Assembly: GCA_033442325.1 (NCBI GenBank)
Contig: JAWQFM010000007.1
Coordinates: forward strand, 1,538,225 to 1,602,224
Reading direction: 5' to 3'
From: Salpingoeca rosetta
Lineage: Eukaryota > Protista > Choanoflagellata
Length of the DNA: 64,000 nt
The notes beneath the pieces were generated by a model. The model searched no databases, was not told where the DNA came from, and was given only the letters and a program-made list of their open reading frames with translations. The stretch's first letter is position 1. Each line of letters starts with the position of its first letter. A program made the translations under genes and the position numbers. Positions 49,033-64,000 of this stretch are shown in pieces.

Positions 49033-50238
49033 GAGTAGCTGTTGTGGGGCACGTGTTGTTGAATACTTGTTGGTTGTTGTGTGGACAGGGGAGAGTGATG
49101 GTGTTATTGCTGTGGGTACATTCTGGATGAGCGGGGCGTTGGTGGCTCGCTTGTTTTGTGCGCACATACACACACGCACACGCACACTGGCTTGAGCCTT
49201 TGACGTGTCTTTGGTTGTCCTGCTTCACCTCGCCTCACCTTGTGTTGCTTTTGTCTTGCGTTGTGTGATTGCAGCTGACTGCTGCCATGTCGCCATTCCT
49301 GCAAAACTACGTGGAGACGGACATGGACCAGCACGTGTGCATTGAGAACGTCTGGGTACGTGCCATCCTTCCCGCGTCCCATTGCGTGTCTCGTGCACTC
49401 GGAGATTGTCTTGTTCGCGTCTTCGCAGCTGGGTGTGCTGCCTGCCCCACCCCGCATCGTCCTCACCGCCTCTTCTTCTTTGTGTGCGCAGGAGTTTTGC
49501 ATGGAGAACGAGCACTCTCGCCACTGCTTCAAGACATTGCTGTTTACCCTCTACGACAGAGAAGTGCTTGACGAGGACGCCATCTTGCAGTGGTGCGTTC
49601 CTTGTGGTGTCGTGTGTGCGTGCGCTTGTGAGCGGTGCTTGAGCGCCGCACGTGTGTAAGTGAATGACGTGTGGGCGGCGTGTGAGCATGTTTGCACATG
49701 TGTTTGGTGTGCATGTGCATGTGCATGTGCGTGTGTGTGTGTGTGCATGTGTGTATGCTGGACACGCGGCCCCCCAATGCCCAAGTCAGCAGTCGACGTT
49801 CCAAGTTACTGTGGCATTCTTCTTGATGTTCTGCCTCCTCCATGTGCGCGCGTGTGTGTGCGTGTGCGCGCGTGGTTTTGTCTTCTCTGCTCCATACGCA
49901 GGTTTGAGGGCTTCAATCCTGGCGAGGGCGCGTCTCCTGCCGAGAAGAGCCTTTATGACCAGGTTTGTGTTGTCTCTTGCACTTCTGCGGTAGCAGCGCG
50001 TGACGCGTACGTTCGTGTGTGCGTGTGTATACGTGCGTGACGCGTGCGTGTGCGTGTTTCTGTGCGTGCGCGTGTTTCTGTGCGCGTGCGTGTGCGTGTG
50101 TGTGCCAATGTGCCTCATCTGTGCTTGTTTGTTGGCCCCACTGTGCATTCACGCCTGGTTGCTGTGCCCATGACCTGTGTTGAACAGGCCAAGCAGTTTG
50201 TCACCTGGCTGGAAGAGGCCGAGGAGGAGAGCGACTGA
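43073..50238 (+). CDS. EIF2B5: Translation initiation factor eIF2B epsilon, copy 2 (apparently intact; start may lie further upstream)
   Basis: [30 protein letters not shown], same exon series as copy 1 with TAC at 45894-45896, ends [16 protein letters not shown]; AATAAA at 50512. Confidence 0.88.
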
Positions 50239-50814
50239 GACTGCGGTGTGCGCTTGTGCAGCACAGCAAGAAGAGGGCGGGAGAGCATGTGTGTGTGGTG
50301 TGTGTGATGGGCGGGAGAGCATGTGTGTGTGGTGTGTGTGATGTGTATGTGTGTGTGCGTGTGTGTGGTGCGTGTGTGTATGTGTGTGTGATGTGAGTGT
50401 GTGATGTGAGTGTGATGGCCTTGCTTTGTCTCTGGCTTGCGTATGAGTCATTGTTGCTCCTTGCTTGCTTGCTTCGTGAGTCATCATGTGGTGCTTGTGT
50501 GGAAATCATGCAATAAAATTCGACGAAATTTTCGTGGCCAATTTCACAGCGCCGCGATCTCACGAAAAACAGCAGAAACCAACCCCCCTGACACAAAAAC
50601 AAACACCACAACCAACCGACAATCAAATCACAACACACGCTCTCACACGCTTGTCTCTCTGCTCTGTCTCTCTCGACGCTTTACATCCGATTCAACGCGA
50701 GGGGCTTTGTCAGAAGCACACGACTGGTTGGTGCTGGACCGCACACGCTCAAGGCATAACGCAGATACAGAAGACCGATTCAGCACGATCAATCTGTCGA
50801 TCAACAAAAAAGTC

Positions 50815-51712
50815 ATGGGGTGGTCATCTCTTCGCTTGCGCCGACGCGCTGGATACTCAGGTGCGCATCTTATCGCGGTTGTCGTGGTGATCGTGCTGTT
50901 GTTGTAATGAGTGCTGGCTTTGTTGTTCGCACACACACACACACATGTGTGTGCGCGTGTGAATGCGTGTGAATGCGGTAGGTACGACAGAGCCGTCTTA
51001 GCTACTTGTTTCGTTGTATTGCTTGTTTCGTTGTATTAGTCTCTCTGCTGGTCAAATATGCGTTGGGGGTGTTCAATGCTGTCGTGCAGTATCCGTTGCT
51101 GACCGCTGTTGATGGCCAATGTTGTTTCCCTGTGTCTTTCGGGGGGGGGTGTGTGTGTTGTTCTCAGATGTTGATGCTGGAAAGTCATCATCGGCGACGA
51201 GCAGCAAGCGCACTGTATCAACACATCGTTCTTCCCATGACGAGCGTCATGAGGATGCTATGTCGAGCGTTTCCAGTTCAAGCTCGAGCTCAGCGTGTTC
51301 GTCGGCATCGTCATCACCAGGGGAGGGTGTTGGCAAGCATGCAAGCAAAGTGAAGCAATCCCTGGCGCGCCTGGCTCCATTTGCATCACACACAACAACA
51401 CAGGTATGGTTGCTTCCAGCTCCTGTGCCTGCTTGTTCCTCGTACTGTTGTGCTCACGTGTCCGTCAAAGCTTGTTTGCACCTCCTGCTTGCTTGTGCAG
51501 CTAGCCAGCTCTGTTGTGTCTCCTCTGTTCCCAGGTTGTCGCAAGTCCCCGTTTTCTTCCATTTTCACCCCTCTCCGCATTCGGTTCTCACCCCAATGGC
51601 CGCTTCTACGCCGCCCCCCCCCGACAACAACTTCACTTCATGTCATGGTTGGTTGGTCTGCGCGCAGAGATTAACATCTGGCCATCGCCAGCGATTCTAC
51701 GGCACCTTCTAA
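50815..51712 (+). CDS. Small Ser-rich orphan protein, 3 exons, about 108 aa
   Basis: Phase-consistent GT-AG model MGWSSLRLRRRAGYS|DVDAGKSSS...HTTTQ|RLTSGHRQRFYGTF*; no recognisable family. Confidence 0.4.
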
Positions 51713-52151
51713 CTTGCTTGTTGGAAGGCGGCCACGACGCATGTCGTACCTTACTTACTTCGCACATTGCAACCCCACACAAAACACAACCGCATGTAGA
51801 CAAAAGGAGAGCTTGGTGTTGATTTGACGGAGCGTGCTTCTCTCCCTTCTCCCCCCCCCCATTCCTTGCCTCGCTTGCTTGCTTGCTTGTTTTTGTTTTG
51901 GTTGATGCTTGGCTGCTGAGGCGACGGCGGCGCACTTGGCATCCTCATGGGAGATATCGCGCTTCCCACCGTTTGCAGAGCAGCCAGCCCAAACAAACAA
52001 AAAAAACCCGGACACACAACTTTTCTTGGGTTGCTTCATTTTATGCCGTCGCTTTCTGTTGCTCCAACAATTTCCGCTGACTCATGATTTCGTTCGGTTC
52101 TTGTTATTTCTGTTCATATCTTCCAGTAAACGGCAGAACCGCTCACCGTTG

Positions 52152-52161
52152 CTTCCAGAAC
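52152..52161 (+). promoter_or_regulatory. Candidate partial heat-shock element (nTTCnnGAAn)
   Basis: cttccagaac about 260 nt upstream of the HSP70 ATG; only two pentamer units. Confidence 0.3.
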
Positions 52162-52419
52162 ACGCACGTGGTTGCCACACGCCACCAGCAGCACACTGCT
52201 TGTGCGTTCGCAACACTGCACACGTTGCACACTCTGCACTGCACACAAAGCACTTTGTCGCGTGGTGTTTTTTCGGTCGACTGACTGGCTGGCTTTCTCT
52301 CTGAGTGGTGCGATCGTCTGTTCACGTGGCATTTTCCACATCATCCTCTATCATAGATCAGACAAGTGAAAGCACTCTCCCTTTCCTTTCCTCACGCACT
52401 ACTACAAGACGCAAAGAAG

Positions 52420-54311
<1,892 letters not shown>

Positions 54312-54763
54312 GCGAATCAAGCGAACCCCACTTGTCATGTCACATGACTGGTCGATGCTGTTGACTGTGCCAATGCATATCTCATGTTTGGTTGCTTGTC
54401 ATGCTGCTTTAAGCCTTTTTTGTCTTTTGCTGCTGCTCTAGCCTTTTTTTGTCTTTTGCTACGGCCAAGCTATGTCGTGATGTGATGATGACTCGCTGTT
54501 TACTCCTATGAACAACATTACAACACAACGACACCCCCCAAAATCAGCTAACGAAAGTCGAGACAAGCAGCGCAAGGTGAAGCACGTAGGCATGGAAGGG
54601 AACAAGGGCAAGGAGGTTCGAAGCGAGCAGCTGACAAACATGGTCAGTCAGCCTTGGTTGAGCGAGCGGTTTGATTGAGGTGAATAGCACACGCATGAGA
54701 GAAAAGAATGACCCGAGACACAAAGGATACGTGCAGGACAACTGCACACCCTTGTTCACATTA

Positions 54764-54876
54764 TTATCCTTTGATGGCTGTGTCTTGAATGACTGGCGGG
54801 ACTTGATCAAGTCGAACGAGTGCATATGACAGATAGTCAAAGTCAATCTCGGATACAGCCGCTTGCACTGTGAAGT

Positions 54877-54935
<59 letters not shown>

Positions 54936-55316
54936 TGAGTCAGTGCGCGACAGGTGGGGATACGAGAGAAGATACGAGAGGATATGAGAGAGGGAGGGCG
55001 TGTGTGTCAACAAGCAATTCAGACAATACGCACCCAGAGCCCAGGCGCCCCAGTAGAGGTGGGAAACGTGTGTGAAGATGGAGATGTCCTTGAGCAAACG
55101 GTTCACATGTGTTTCGGTTGCATCTGTATACGGCCACATGTACACGTGATGCGCAGTGAAATGAGCGCCGCAAAACAAGCGAGGAACAACTGTATTTATG
55201 TATGTATGTATGTATGTATGTATGTATGTATGTATGTATGTATGTATGTATGTATGTATGTATGTATGTATGTATGTATGTATGTATGTATGTATGTATG
55301 TATGTACGTATGTATG

Positions 55317-55350
<34 letters not shown>

Positions 55351-56130
55351 TGTATGTGTGCGTGTGTGTGTGTGGGAGGAGGAGGAGGTTGCTTTTGGGC
55401 CAGTGCGGAACACATAGGAACAATTGACGGCGCATCGCAACGGTTTGAGTCTCTGGGTGTGTGTTTGGCATCACCATCACGTGTACTCACCGTCATCGCG
55501 AGCATGCAGGTATGCCGTGACCCACTGGCGCCGAAAGTCCTCGCCGGGACAGCGCGAATAATCAATCGTCTCAACATCCAGGCCTGATGTTTGGAAAGAA
55601 GAAGCACACAGCGACGTTGCATCGGGTGTTGGGGGGGGGGGGAGGTGGTAGGTAGGTGGTAGGTGGTTGCGGTGGTGGTGGTCGCAGACAGCTGAGAGTG
55701 TGAACAGTGGATGGAGTCTCGTAGAGCAAACACCAAACAATCAGCTCCGGTAGCACATGGACAACACACACACATACAAACACATATACAAACACACATA
55801 CAAACATACAAACACAAAAACACACACACAGACATACACACACACACACACCTGCAAATTCGTTGAAATGGTTGGCAATATCATAGGCGCAATAATTCAC
55901 GCCACCATACTCATAGTCGATGAATTGCACATCTGTTCCTGGAGCGCAAGCAAGAACGCAATCAAATGAAATGAGTAAATGGAAACGTCACAGCAAGAGT
56001 CACATCTTGTACAAGTGCGTGGTTGCGTGAATATGAAACAAGTGCACCAATTTCATGGGCAAGGTTACAAGAAGGGGGATGGGATAACCACGAGCACATT
56101 GTTACCTTACACACAAACATGCATGAGCAG

Positions 56131-56188
<58 letters not shown>

Positions 56189-56672
56189 ACACACACGAAC
56201 ACACAGCACACACACACACACACACACACACAGCACAGACACGCACAGACACAGCCACTTGACACAGACACATGCAAAGCCACACAGGACCACAGACCCT
56301 TGCTGTCGTGAGCGATGATGACGTTGTGACAGAGAAGGTCATTGTGGCAGAAGCACGTCTCTGGGTCCCGCGCGCACACCACATCCTCCAAGTGGGCAAG
56401 CGTTTTCCTTAGGCTCGCCATGTCGACGTGTTTGCGTAAGCGCGCAGTCTTCTCTGCGGTTGAATAGCTCTCCGGAACCTGTCGCAGTCAGGCAGGGGAT
56501 GCGTTGGGAAGGGGCAGGTAGTCCACGTTGGTGAGAGGAGTAGAATGACTCACAGGAAAGGAAACAGTGGGGTGTATGTGTGTGTGTGTGTGCGGGGGGT
56601 GTTGCGGTTGGCGCCGGATGAGAGCTTGCGAGAAGAGAGGGTGTCGCACAACACAAGGATCGGCTGCCAAAC

Positions 56673-56753
<81 letters not shown>

Positions 56754-57867
56754 ACACACACACGGGGACAAGAACTCAAGCGCACGTTGTCGAGCCAGGA
56801 GCGAATTTGGGAGAACATGCGTGGCTTCTCGTGTGCCGGCACGTGTACACGGCGGTGGATTTCGCCAAGGCTGGTTGTTGAGGTCCCCGTACACACATAC
56901 ACACACAGGTAGGAGCAGGCGATGTCAGCATCACGGGTACAAATTGAGCGGGGAGGTGTTCACATTCGTTTGTTTGTGTGTGTGTGTGTATGTGTGTGTA
57001 TGTGTGTGTGTGTATGTGTGTGTATGTGTGTGTGTGTGTGTGTGCGTGTGTGTGTGTGTGTGATAGTGCGATGTGTGAAGCATGACATGAGATATGCATA
57101 TACCTTTTTGCGATGTGTGAGGAGATGGCAGGCGACGAAAAGTCGCTGAGGCTGGCAGGGCGACCCGGACAATACCCGTATGCGTACCCATTCTACAACA
57201 GAGACGAGACAGCACGCACGATTGACAACGCATGAGCACACATGTGTTAGTATGCATGTATGTTTGTGTTTGCGGAGATGAGAGAGGTCAACACCAACAA
57301 CAAGAGCAACAGCAATAGCAGCAGCATCACGACCACGACCACTACCACCACTGCCACCAACAAGAACAACAATAGCAGCGGCACCTTGAGGACGGCGAAG
57401 ATGGGTTGGGCGCGTCCAATGGCGTGCAAGCGTTTGTGGTTCAACATCTCTTGTTTACGGTCAATAAACATCTGGGGATGGGTGGCGCGAGCGGGAAGCG
57501 GTAGCCGGGGCATGTGGAGAGCATGGGTTCCAATGAGGGCCAGACGAGCGATGCAAGAGTGGCGAGAAGGCACTTTCGGGACAGATGCACTTGGCCATGC
57601 ATTGTCACCCGGCCAGCCACAGCGGCACACAAACACACAAACACACACACACACACATGTAGGCACATGAAAACGCATAAGTGCGCACCTCTGTTGCTGA
57701 GCCGTAGATGCGTATGAGGAATGGCGAAGAGAGTGTGTGATCGTCCAGAGGGACATCAACTTGGCATTTCAGCACGACATTCGTGATACCATCTGTCATG
57801 CGCTTGTGGTACAGCTTGGACTTGTCAACGCCTGCCGATGCGGGGTGAATGTGTGTGCATGTGCGTG

Positions 57868-57919
<52 letters not shown>

Positions 57920-58728
57920 GCTGACCATGTGCAACTGTATCATAACCATCCGCGGCCGCAGCCGCAGCCAACGTTCTCTTGCCCGGTCTCCCCTGCCCAC
58001 CTCCACGTCATCAGTCAATGCGTACCAGGAGCAACTTCGTCCAGCAGCGGCTGGAAGTCCGGCTCGTCGACGTCGATGCTGACATCCAAGTAGGGCACAT
58101 CCAGGTGCTTCTCCACCCAGCTATTGACAGACAAAGCAAGCGGTTGGTTGGTGGAGATGATTCGTGTTCATGAGGGACAGCCGCGCGGGGTGCAAAGCAA
58201 GGCGGGATGAGCAAGAAGGGTGAGAGAAGGTAGAAGTTGATGGCGGCAGTCCTTCGTCCGTTTGCCTCTCTTGCCGTGTGTGTTGGTGGTGGTGGTGGTG
58301 ATGGTGGTAGGTGATGATGGTGGCTGGCTGGGTCGCTAGGCTGGTTTGATTCAACAAACACCCTTTCTTGTGTGCTTTGGTCACATGTACAGGCACGAAC
58401 TGTGCGTATTGCATACACACACACACGCGCGCGCGCATGACGGCGACCCACCATCCATCTCCACCTTCCTTCACATCGCACACACACACACACTCACATG
58501 CTCACTCACCGGGCAAAGTCATTCATGATGATGATGTGGGCGTATTGTTGATTGATGTGACGCAAAAAAATACACACACACACACACCAAAAACACGTGA
58601 TGCATGCGTCTGATGATCGTGGGCGAACCCCTCACAGACAGAAGCAAGACGAAAGAGAAGGAAAGAAAGAAGGGAAGCACAAGGGACAGCCACGCTTGAG
58701 CCTTCTTCTCTTCTTCTGTGCTTGACAT
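54764..58728 (-). CDS. ETNK: Ethanolamine/choline kinase
   Basis: MTDGITN, LIRIYG, FIDRKQE, FCHNDLLCHN (Brenner motif), FIDYEYGGVNYCAYDIANHFNEFAG, SHLYWGAWALVQA, IDFDYLSYA. Confidence 0.92.
55196..55356. repeat. Intronic (TATG)n microsatellite
   Basis: Directly visible. Confidence 0.95.
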
Positions 58729-58775
58729 GGGATGTGAGCGCCCACAAACAACAAGAACCCCTCCCCCCCTCTGTC

Positions 58776-58843
58776 CACATCTAACTGGATCTCTCTGTCT
58801 CCCTTTGTGCACATCTAACTGGATCTCTCTGTCTCCCTTTGTG
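58776..58843. repeat. 34-bp perfect tandem duplication
   Basis: cacatctaactggatctctctgtctccctttgtg occurs twice in tandem. Confidence 0.9.
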
Positions 58844-59863
58844 CACGGGTGGTTCTCGTCCTTCTCCTGCTGGATCTGCTGCGTGGGTGTGGCGGCGATG
58901 GTTGTGGTTGTGGTGGTGGTGATGACGATGTTGGCTCCTGGCCACCATCAGCCGTCACATCCACCTCCTCCTCCTTCTTCACCCGCGCGACTGTGCTGAC
59001 GGCATCATAGCTGTTGTTGTCCTCCACCACCACCACCTTCTCTTCTTCTTGTTCTTCTTTCGCCTTCCTCCTGCTCGCCCGACCTGCCTCTGCCGTGCGT
59101 GTTCCCACCTTGGCCGCGCGCTTCCCCTCGCGCTGCTGCTGCTGCTGTTGTTGTTGCTGTTGGCCTCGCCGCCGCGTCTTGGCTGTCGAGCTTGGGCAGA
59201 GGTCCTTGTTCAAGCACTCGTGGCACTTTGGCTGCCGCGGCTGGCATATGGTCTGCCCAAACCCGACAAGCAGCAGGTTCACCTCGCCCCACAGCCGGCG
59301 CGGCATCCACCGCTCCAGCTCCACGCGCGTGTGCTCGGGCGTCTTTGTGTTCCTGACCCAGCGCAGGCGGTTGGCAATGCGGTGCACGTGCGTGTCCACG
59401 CCAATGCCGGACACCTGCTTGTTCGCAACGGCCATGGTGATGGTGGCCATCTTCATGCCCACGCCCGGCAGCTTGATGAGGTCTGGGATGGTCTGTGGGA
59501 TGTCCCCGCCAAAGCTGGCCAAGATCATGGTGGACGCGCCCTTGAGGTACTGTGCTTTGCGCCGCCAGAAGCCAACGCCGTAGATGCACTCCTCAAGCAC
59601 ACGCGTTTCTGCTGCGGTGACGGTGTGCGGTGTGAGACCGCCAGGCAGCTGCTGCTGCAGTGTGCGCACGGCCTTTGACGTCAGCTCATCCTTCGTCTGT
59701 ACACAACCCGCAAGGGACAGCGCGTGTGGATGTGCGGATGTTTGATGTGTGTGTGTGTGTGCGTGTAAGTGTTTGGATGAGTTGATGCATTGGCAAGGGG
59801 GAAGACGCTACAGCGTTAGGCACAGACAAACGGAGATAAGACACAAGCAAGGGCACAAGGACG

Positions 59864-59919
<56 letters not shown>

Positions 59920-60823
59920 CACACACACACACCTGGCTGGAAAGCATGAGTGCAACGAGGATGTGAAAGCGCTGAGTTGGGCCGTCTGCACTTGGATCTG
60001 CCAACACCTCGCAGCCCATCGTGTCCACAGGGGCATCTCTGAAGACACAGGAGGCGTACACGCCGTGTGAATCAGATGAGGAAGGTTTGAGAGGGGGGCG
60101 GGGGAGAACTGCGGTACAAGGCGACAGGGCGGCGGCACAGCAGGGAAACAGACAGGCAGGGTGCTTGGTTCGACAGTCAGACAGTTCGATAGACAGACAG
60201 ACAGACAGACAGACACACACAGACACAGACACACACAGACACAGACACACACACACACACACACACAGACACACACACACACACACACACACAGACCGCT
60301 TGCTGCGCATGGTCTTGATGTTGTTGTACACCGTCTCCCAGTTTGGCGGTGCGCGTCGAAGACGCTCCTTTTCCGCTTCCTCGTCTTCCTCCGCTTCCAC
60401 GTCCTCCATGACGCTGTCCACAACTGAGGCAGTGCTGGTGGTGGTTCTGGTTGATGTGACACGCACCTGCTTGCCTGTCTGTGGCGCCCCTTGTTGTGTG
60501 CTGGCTTCTTGTTGTGCTTCCTCCGCAGCTGTCACGTCCTCTTCCTCCTCATACTTGACAACAACACGGCGGCGTCCACTGCGCGTTCGTGTTGTGGACG
60601 ATGATGATGTTGAGAAGTACGACGACGTCACCCTGCTCACCTTTGTTTTGGTGTTGCCATCCTCACTCGCGCGGTTGCCGCTAGTGCTACTCTTCCACCT
60701 TTTGGCCTGCTGTTGCTGCTGCTGACCTGCTGTCGCCAGCATGGCTGCTGCTCGCCTTGCCTGGCCACGCGTCCGCGCAAACCGCGACAACTCATCCAGC
60801 GCCGCTTTGCTCACCCCACTCAT
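58815..60823 (-). CDS. NTHL1: Endonuclease III-like DNA glycosylase/AP lyase; 3 exons
   Basis: APVDTMGC, LVALMLSSQ|TKD, HhH motif LIKLPGVGMKMA, GIGVDTHVHRI, LLVGFGQTICQPRQPKCHECLNKDLCP (4Fe-4S motif). Confidence 0.94.
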
Positions 60824-61136
60824 TGTTGTTGTTGTTGTTGTGGTGGTGGTGGTGTTGTTGTTGTTGGTGGTGGTGTTGTTGGTTGTGGTGTTGTTGAATG
60901 TCTCTCTGTCACAGCATCCTCGTTGTGCGCTTGCATTTGCTGTGGAACGTGTAGGGCGCGTGTAATGTAACATACCAATGCAGGCACAGACAGGTAAGCC
61001 AGCATCGCGTGCTTGGTCTTCTTCTCTACAGGAGGTCGTGGGGGAGAGGGGAGTGAATGAACAGCAAGCAGGAAAGGGAGCAGGGTGACTAAATAGAAAG
61101 AGAGAAGGGGGGGGGGGATGTGGTCCGGCAAGCCAG

Positions 61137-61587
61137 TCATCGCCGCTGATTGCGTTGACTGCGCCCCGCAGCTTGGAACGCGCGGCTGTCGTGGGTGGGT
61201 GAGTGAGTGAGTGAGTGAGTGAGTGAGTGAGTGAGTGAGTGTGTGAGTGTGTGAGTGAGTGTGTGAGTGAGTGTGTGAGTGAGTGAGTGAGTGAGTGAGT
61301 GAGTGAGTGAGTGAGTGTGTGAGTGAGTGTGTGAGTGAGTGAGTGAGTGAGTGAGTGAGTGAGTGAGTGAGTGAGTGAGTGAGTGAATGAGTGAGTGAAT
61401 GAGTGAGTGAGTGAGTGAGCGCAATTCTGCCTGTCCTTCCACATCCCACCGGTCGGGTGCCGGTGCAGGCCCACCACACACTTACCCAATGGCGTTGACA
61501 ATGGTCGTGGCAGACTTGTTGTACTGGAACACGTGGCACGCAAACTTGTCCCCACGTTCGTTGCGCGTAATGAATCCAAAGCACCTG

Positions 61588-61659
<72 letters not shown>

Positions 61660-62544
61660 CGGACGCGCGAGAAAGCGTTTGTGAGTTTGACTATTCATGC
61701 AGGAGGTGGATGAGCAGTACAACGTCGACACAGCGTCACAACCGCGCACCCACTGCAGCTTCCATCACCACCACCACCCTCTCGCATTGAGATGCATGCG
61801 TACTTGTGGTCTGTTTCGTCAAAGGCACAGTGGGAGACGTGATGGAGCGGGAACAGGGACGCTGTGGTGGCCTGCCGTTACGACACATGCAGCGTACACG
61901 CACAGTGGTGCGGTTAGACTTGTGTGAATCTCCAAGTAAAAGCCACTTGGCTATCGGTTGCGGCGTGTGCATTTGCACGAAGAGCATGGAGCCAAGTACA
62001 CCGCACAACGCAGCAGACACAACATTGGGCACGGCACTGGCAGTGCAAGTGGTAGCGGACACATACGCGAGTTGGTGGCGCTGATGTGGAGCGGCGTCGA
62101 AGCAGCGTCGGTCGCTTCTGCACAGGCGAGAATGGAGACGGTGAGATGTGCCACCCAGATACAAGACACAGGCAGATAGATAGACAGACACACAAGCACA
62201 CACACACAGACAGACAGAGAGAGAGAGACACACACACACACACAGATAGATAGACAGACACACATACGCACACAGACAGACAGACAGACAGATAGACAGA
62301 CACGTACACACACATACACATAAACATAAACGCAGACAACGGAAGCACCCGTTTACAGGCGCACAGTCCGCACCTTTGGTGCCTGCTCGATAAGATGAAT
62401 GCCGCGCAGGGAAACGCGAAACTCAAACGTTTTCGACGCGCTGTACCGCAGCCGCTTCCGGGCAGCAAGGACCTTGAGAGGCAGGAGGGGAAGGGGTGGC
62501 ACGTGTGAGAGGATAAGCAATGTAGGGAGGAGAACGAAACAGGC

Positions 62545-62579
<35 letters not shown>

Positions 62580-64000
62580 CACACACACACACACACACAC
62601 ACATATCCATCTCCAATTACCCCCGCCCTCTCCAATGTCTACACCATGCGCATGGGTTGCACCTCTCTGATGGCCATGAAGAGGAGGTCCTTTGATGGGC
62701 GCGGGGGCACATTGAGACTTCCGAGGAAGCGCACGGTAAACGACTCGTGGTCAGGCGAGCTCACCTGGAACGGTGTGGGCGGCGGGCCTGGCGATGATGG
62801 TGGCGGTGATGGTGGTGGTGGCTCATGTGAGGAAGGCTGTGTCATGCCAAGCTGTGGTCTCAACCAGCACACGCAGCTAGTGCACAATGCGTGCGTGCAT
62901 ACGGCTGAGAAACAGTCGGCACAGGAGTACCACACGCAGACATATGTCCATTCAGTGTACGCACCGACTGGGATTGACGACTCCTGGCGTTGCTGAGCAA
63001 GGGCAAAGAGCCTGTCCTCCTCCTCCTGCAGCTGGCGAGCAAGGTCCTCGTCAGCGGTTGTGGCCATCATGGCAGATGACGTCGTGCTGGCATATTCCGA
63101 CGCACGGCCATCTTGCTCGCCCTCCTCCTCCTCTTCCTGCGCTTGCAGCCGCCGGGCAAGCTCCTCGTCGCCCTGCTCGTCACAGTCGCGCGTACGTGTG
63201 ATTGTGTGATTGTGTGATTGTGTGAGCGTGTGTGATTGTGTGTGTGTGAGGTGAGAGGGGGTTAATAGCCTGCTCACACAAAAAGAACACACATACACAC
63301 AGACAGACACAGACACAGACACACGCAGAGCACACACACACACGCAGAACACACACACACACACACACACACATAGAGCACACACACACACACAGCCTAG
63401 ACAGACAGACAGACAGACAGACAGACACACACACACAACACACCTCTGGTGCCTGGTCGAGGTGAACCACAAAGTTGCCTGGGAAGGTGCCCTGAACGCC
63501 CGTTGTGATGTTGAGGCCAATGTACCAGCCTGCCGGTGTACATAGCATGTCATAGGCACCGCACAGTAAGGGGAAGAGCAAGTTCCGAGAAACACAAAGC
63601 AGAGCAGAACACGAAGCAGAAGCAGCAGCAGCAGCAGCAGCAGCAGAAGAAGAAGAAGCAACAACAAGAACAGCAGCCGTTAGCTTGTTCTGCACTTGGC
63701 ATGTTACGTACCGTCTGGTCCCATTTCAACGACATACAGAAGGTCGCCTTGGGAAGCGATGATCACACATGGGGTGAAGTGCAAGCAGCCACAACACATG
63801 TGAGCAAACACACGGTGTTGTTGCAATGGAATCCTCAGGCAACCATCAGTGTCGAGTGTGTGTTTAGGGTGCGAGTAAGGGGGTGCTTTGGGGCAACAAA
63901 AGGGAGGGCGTCAGGGAGGCGTGAGACGATAAATACCTTTATGAAGATCCACTTCATCAACTTCCCGGGCCGCGTAGTCGTATGCGGCCGTGAAGTTGGG
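61137..64000 (-). CDS. JIP1/JIP2 (MAPK8IP1/2)-like SH3-PTB scaffold; 5' part lies outside the window
   Basis: SH3: AAYDYAAREVDEVDLHKGDLLYV..DGWYIG..GTFPGNFV. PTB: FTVRFLGSLNVP..LFPLHHVSHCAFDETDHKCFGFITRN..KFACHVFQ..IVNAIGRAFQ. Confidence 0.75.
61200..61418. repeat. Intronic (GAGT)n microsatellite
   Basis: Directly visible. Confidence 0.95.

Overview
Left end of a chromosome from a compact, intron-rich unicellular eukaryote. It has a (CCCTAA)n telomere, short GT-AG introns packed with CA/GT microsatellites, and animal-like signalling genes; a choanoflagellate such as Salpingoeca is my inference, not verified. By hand-splicing exons I find about 16 protein-coding genes, in order: an uncharacterised macrodomain-like gene about 0.5 kb from the telomere; a 16-exon gene fusing a PLP cysteine desulfurase to a TtcA-type PP-loop tRNA thiolase; a head-to-head TrmH/SpoU methyltransferase; IST1; FAHD1; a PPP1R16-like PP1 subunit; MRPL3; an ankyrin protein; a HAUS8/QWRF-like gene; two tandem eIF2B-epsilon paralogues (mosaic identity, one with an in-frame TAG); a small orphan; intronless HSP70; ethanolamine kinase; NTHL1; and a JIP1/2-like SH3-PTB scaffold cut by the window edge. 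The best candidate for an undescribed system is the desulfurase-TtcA fusion and its divergent TrmH partner, a possible self-contained eukaryotic tRNA thiolation module. Most ORFs in the supplied track are microsatellite artefacts. Family assignments come from motif recognition, not database searches.
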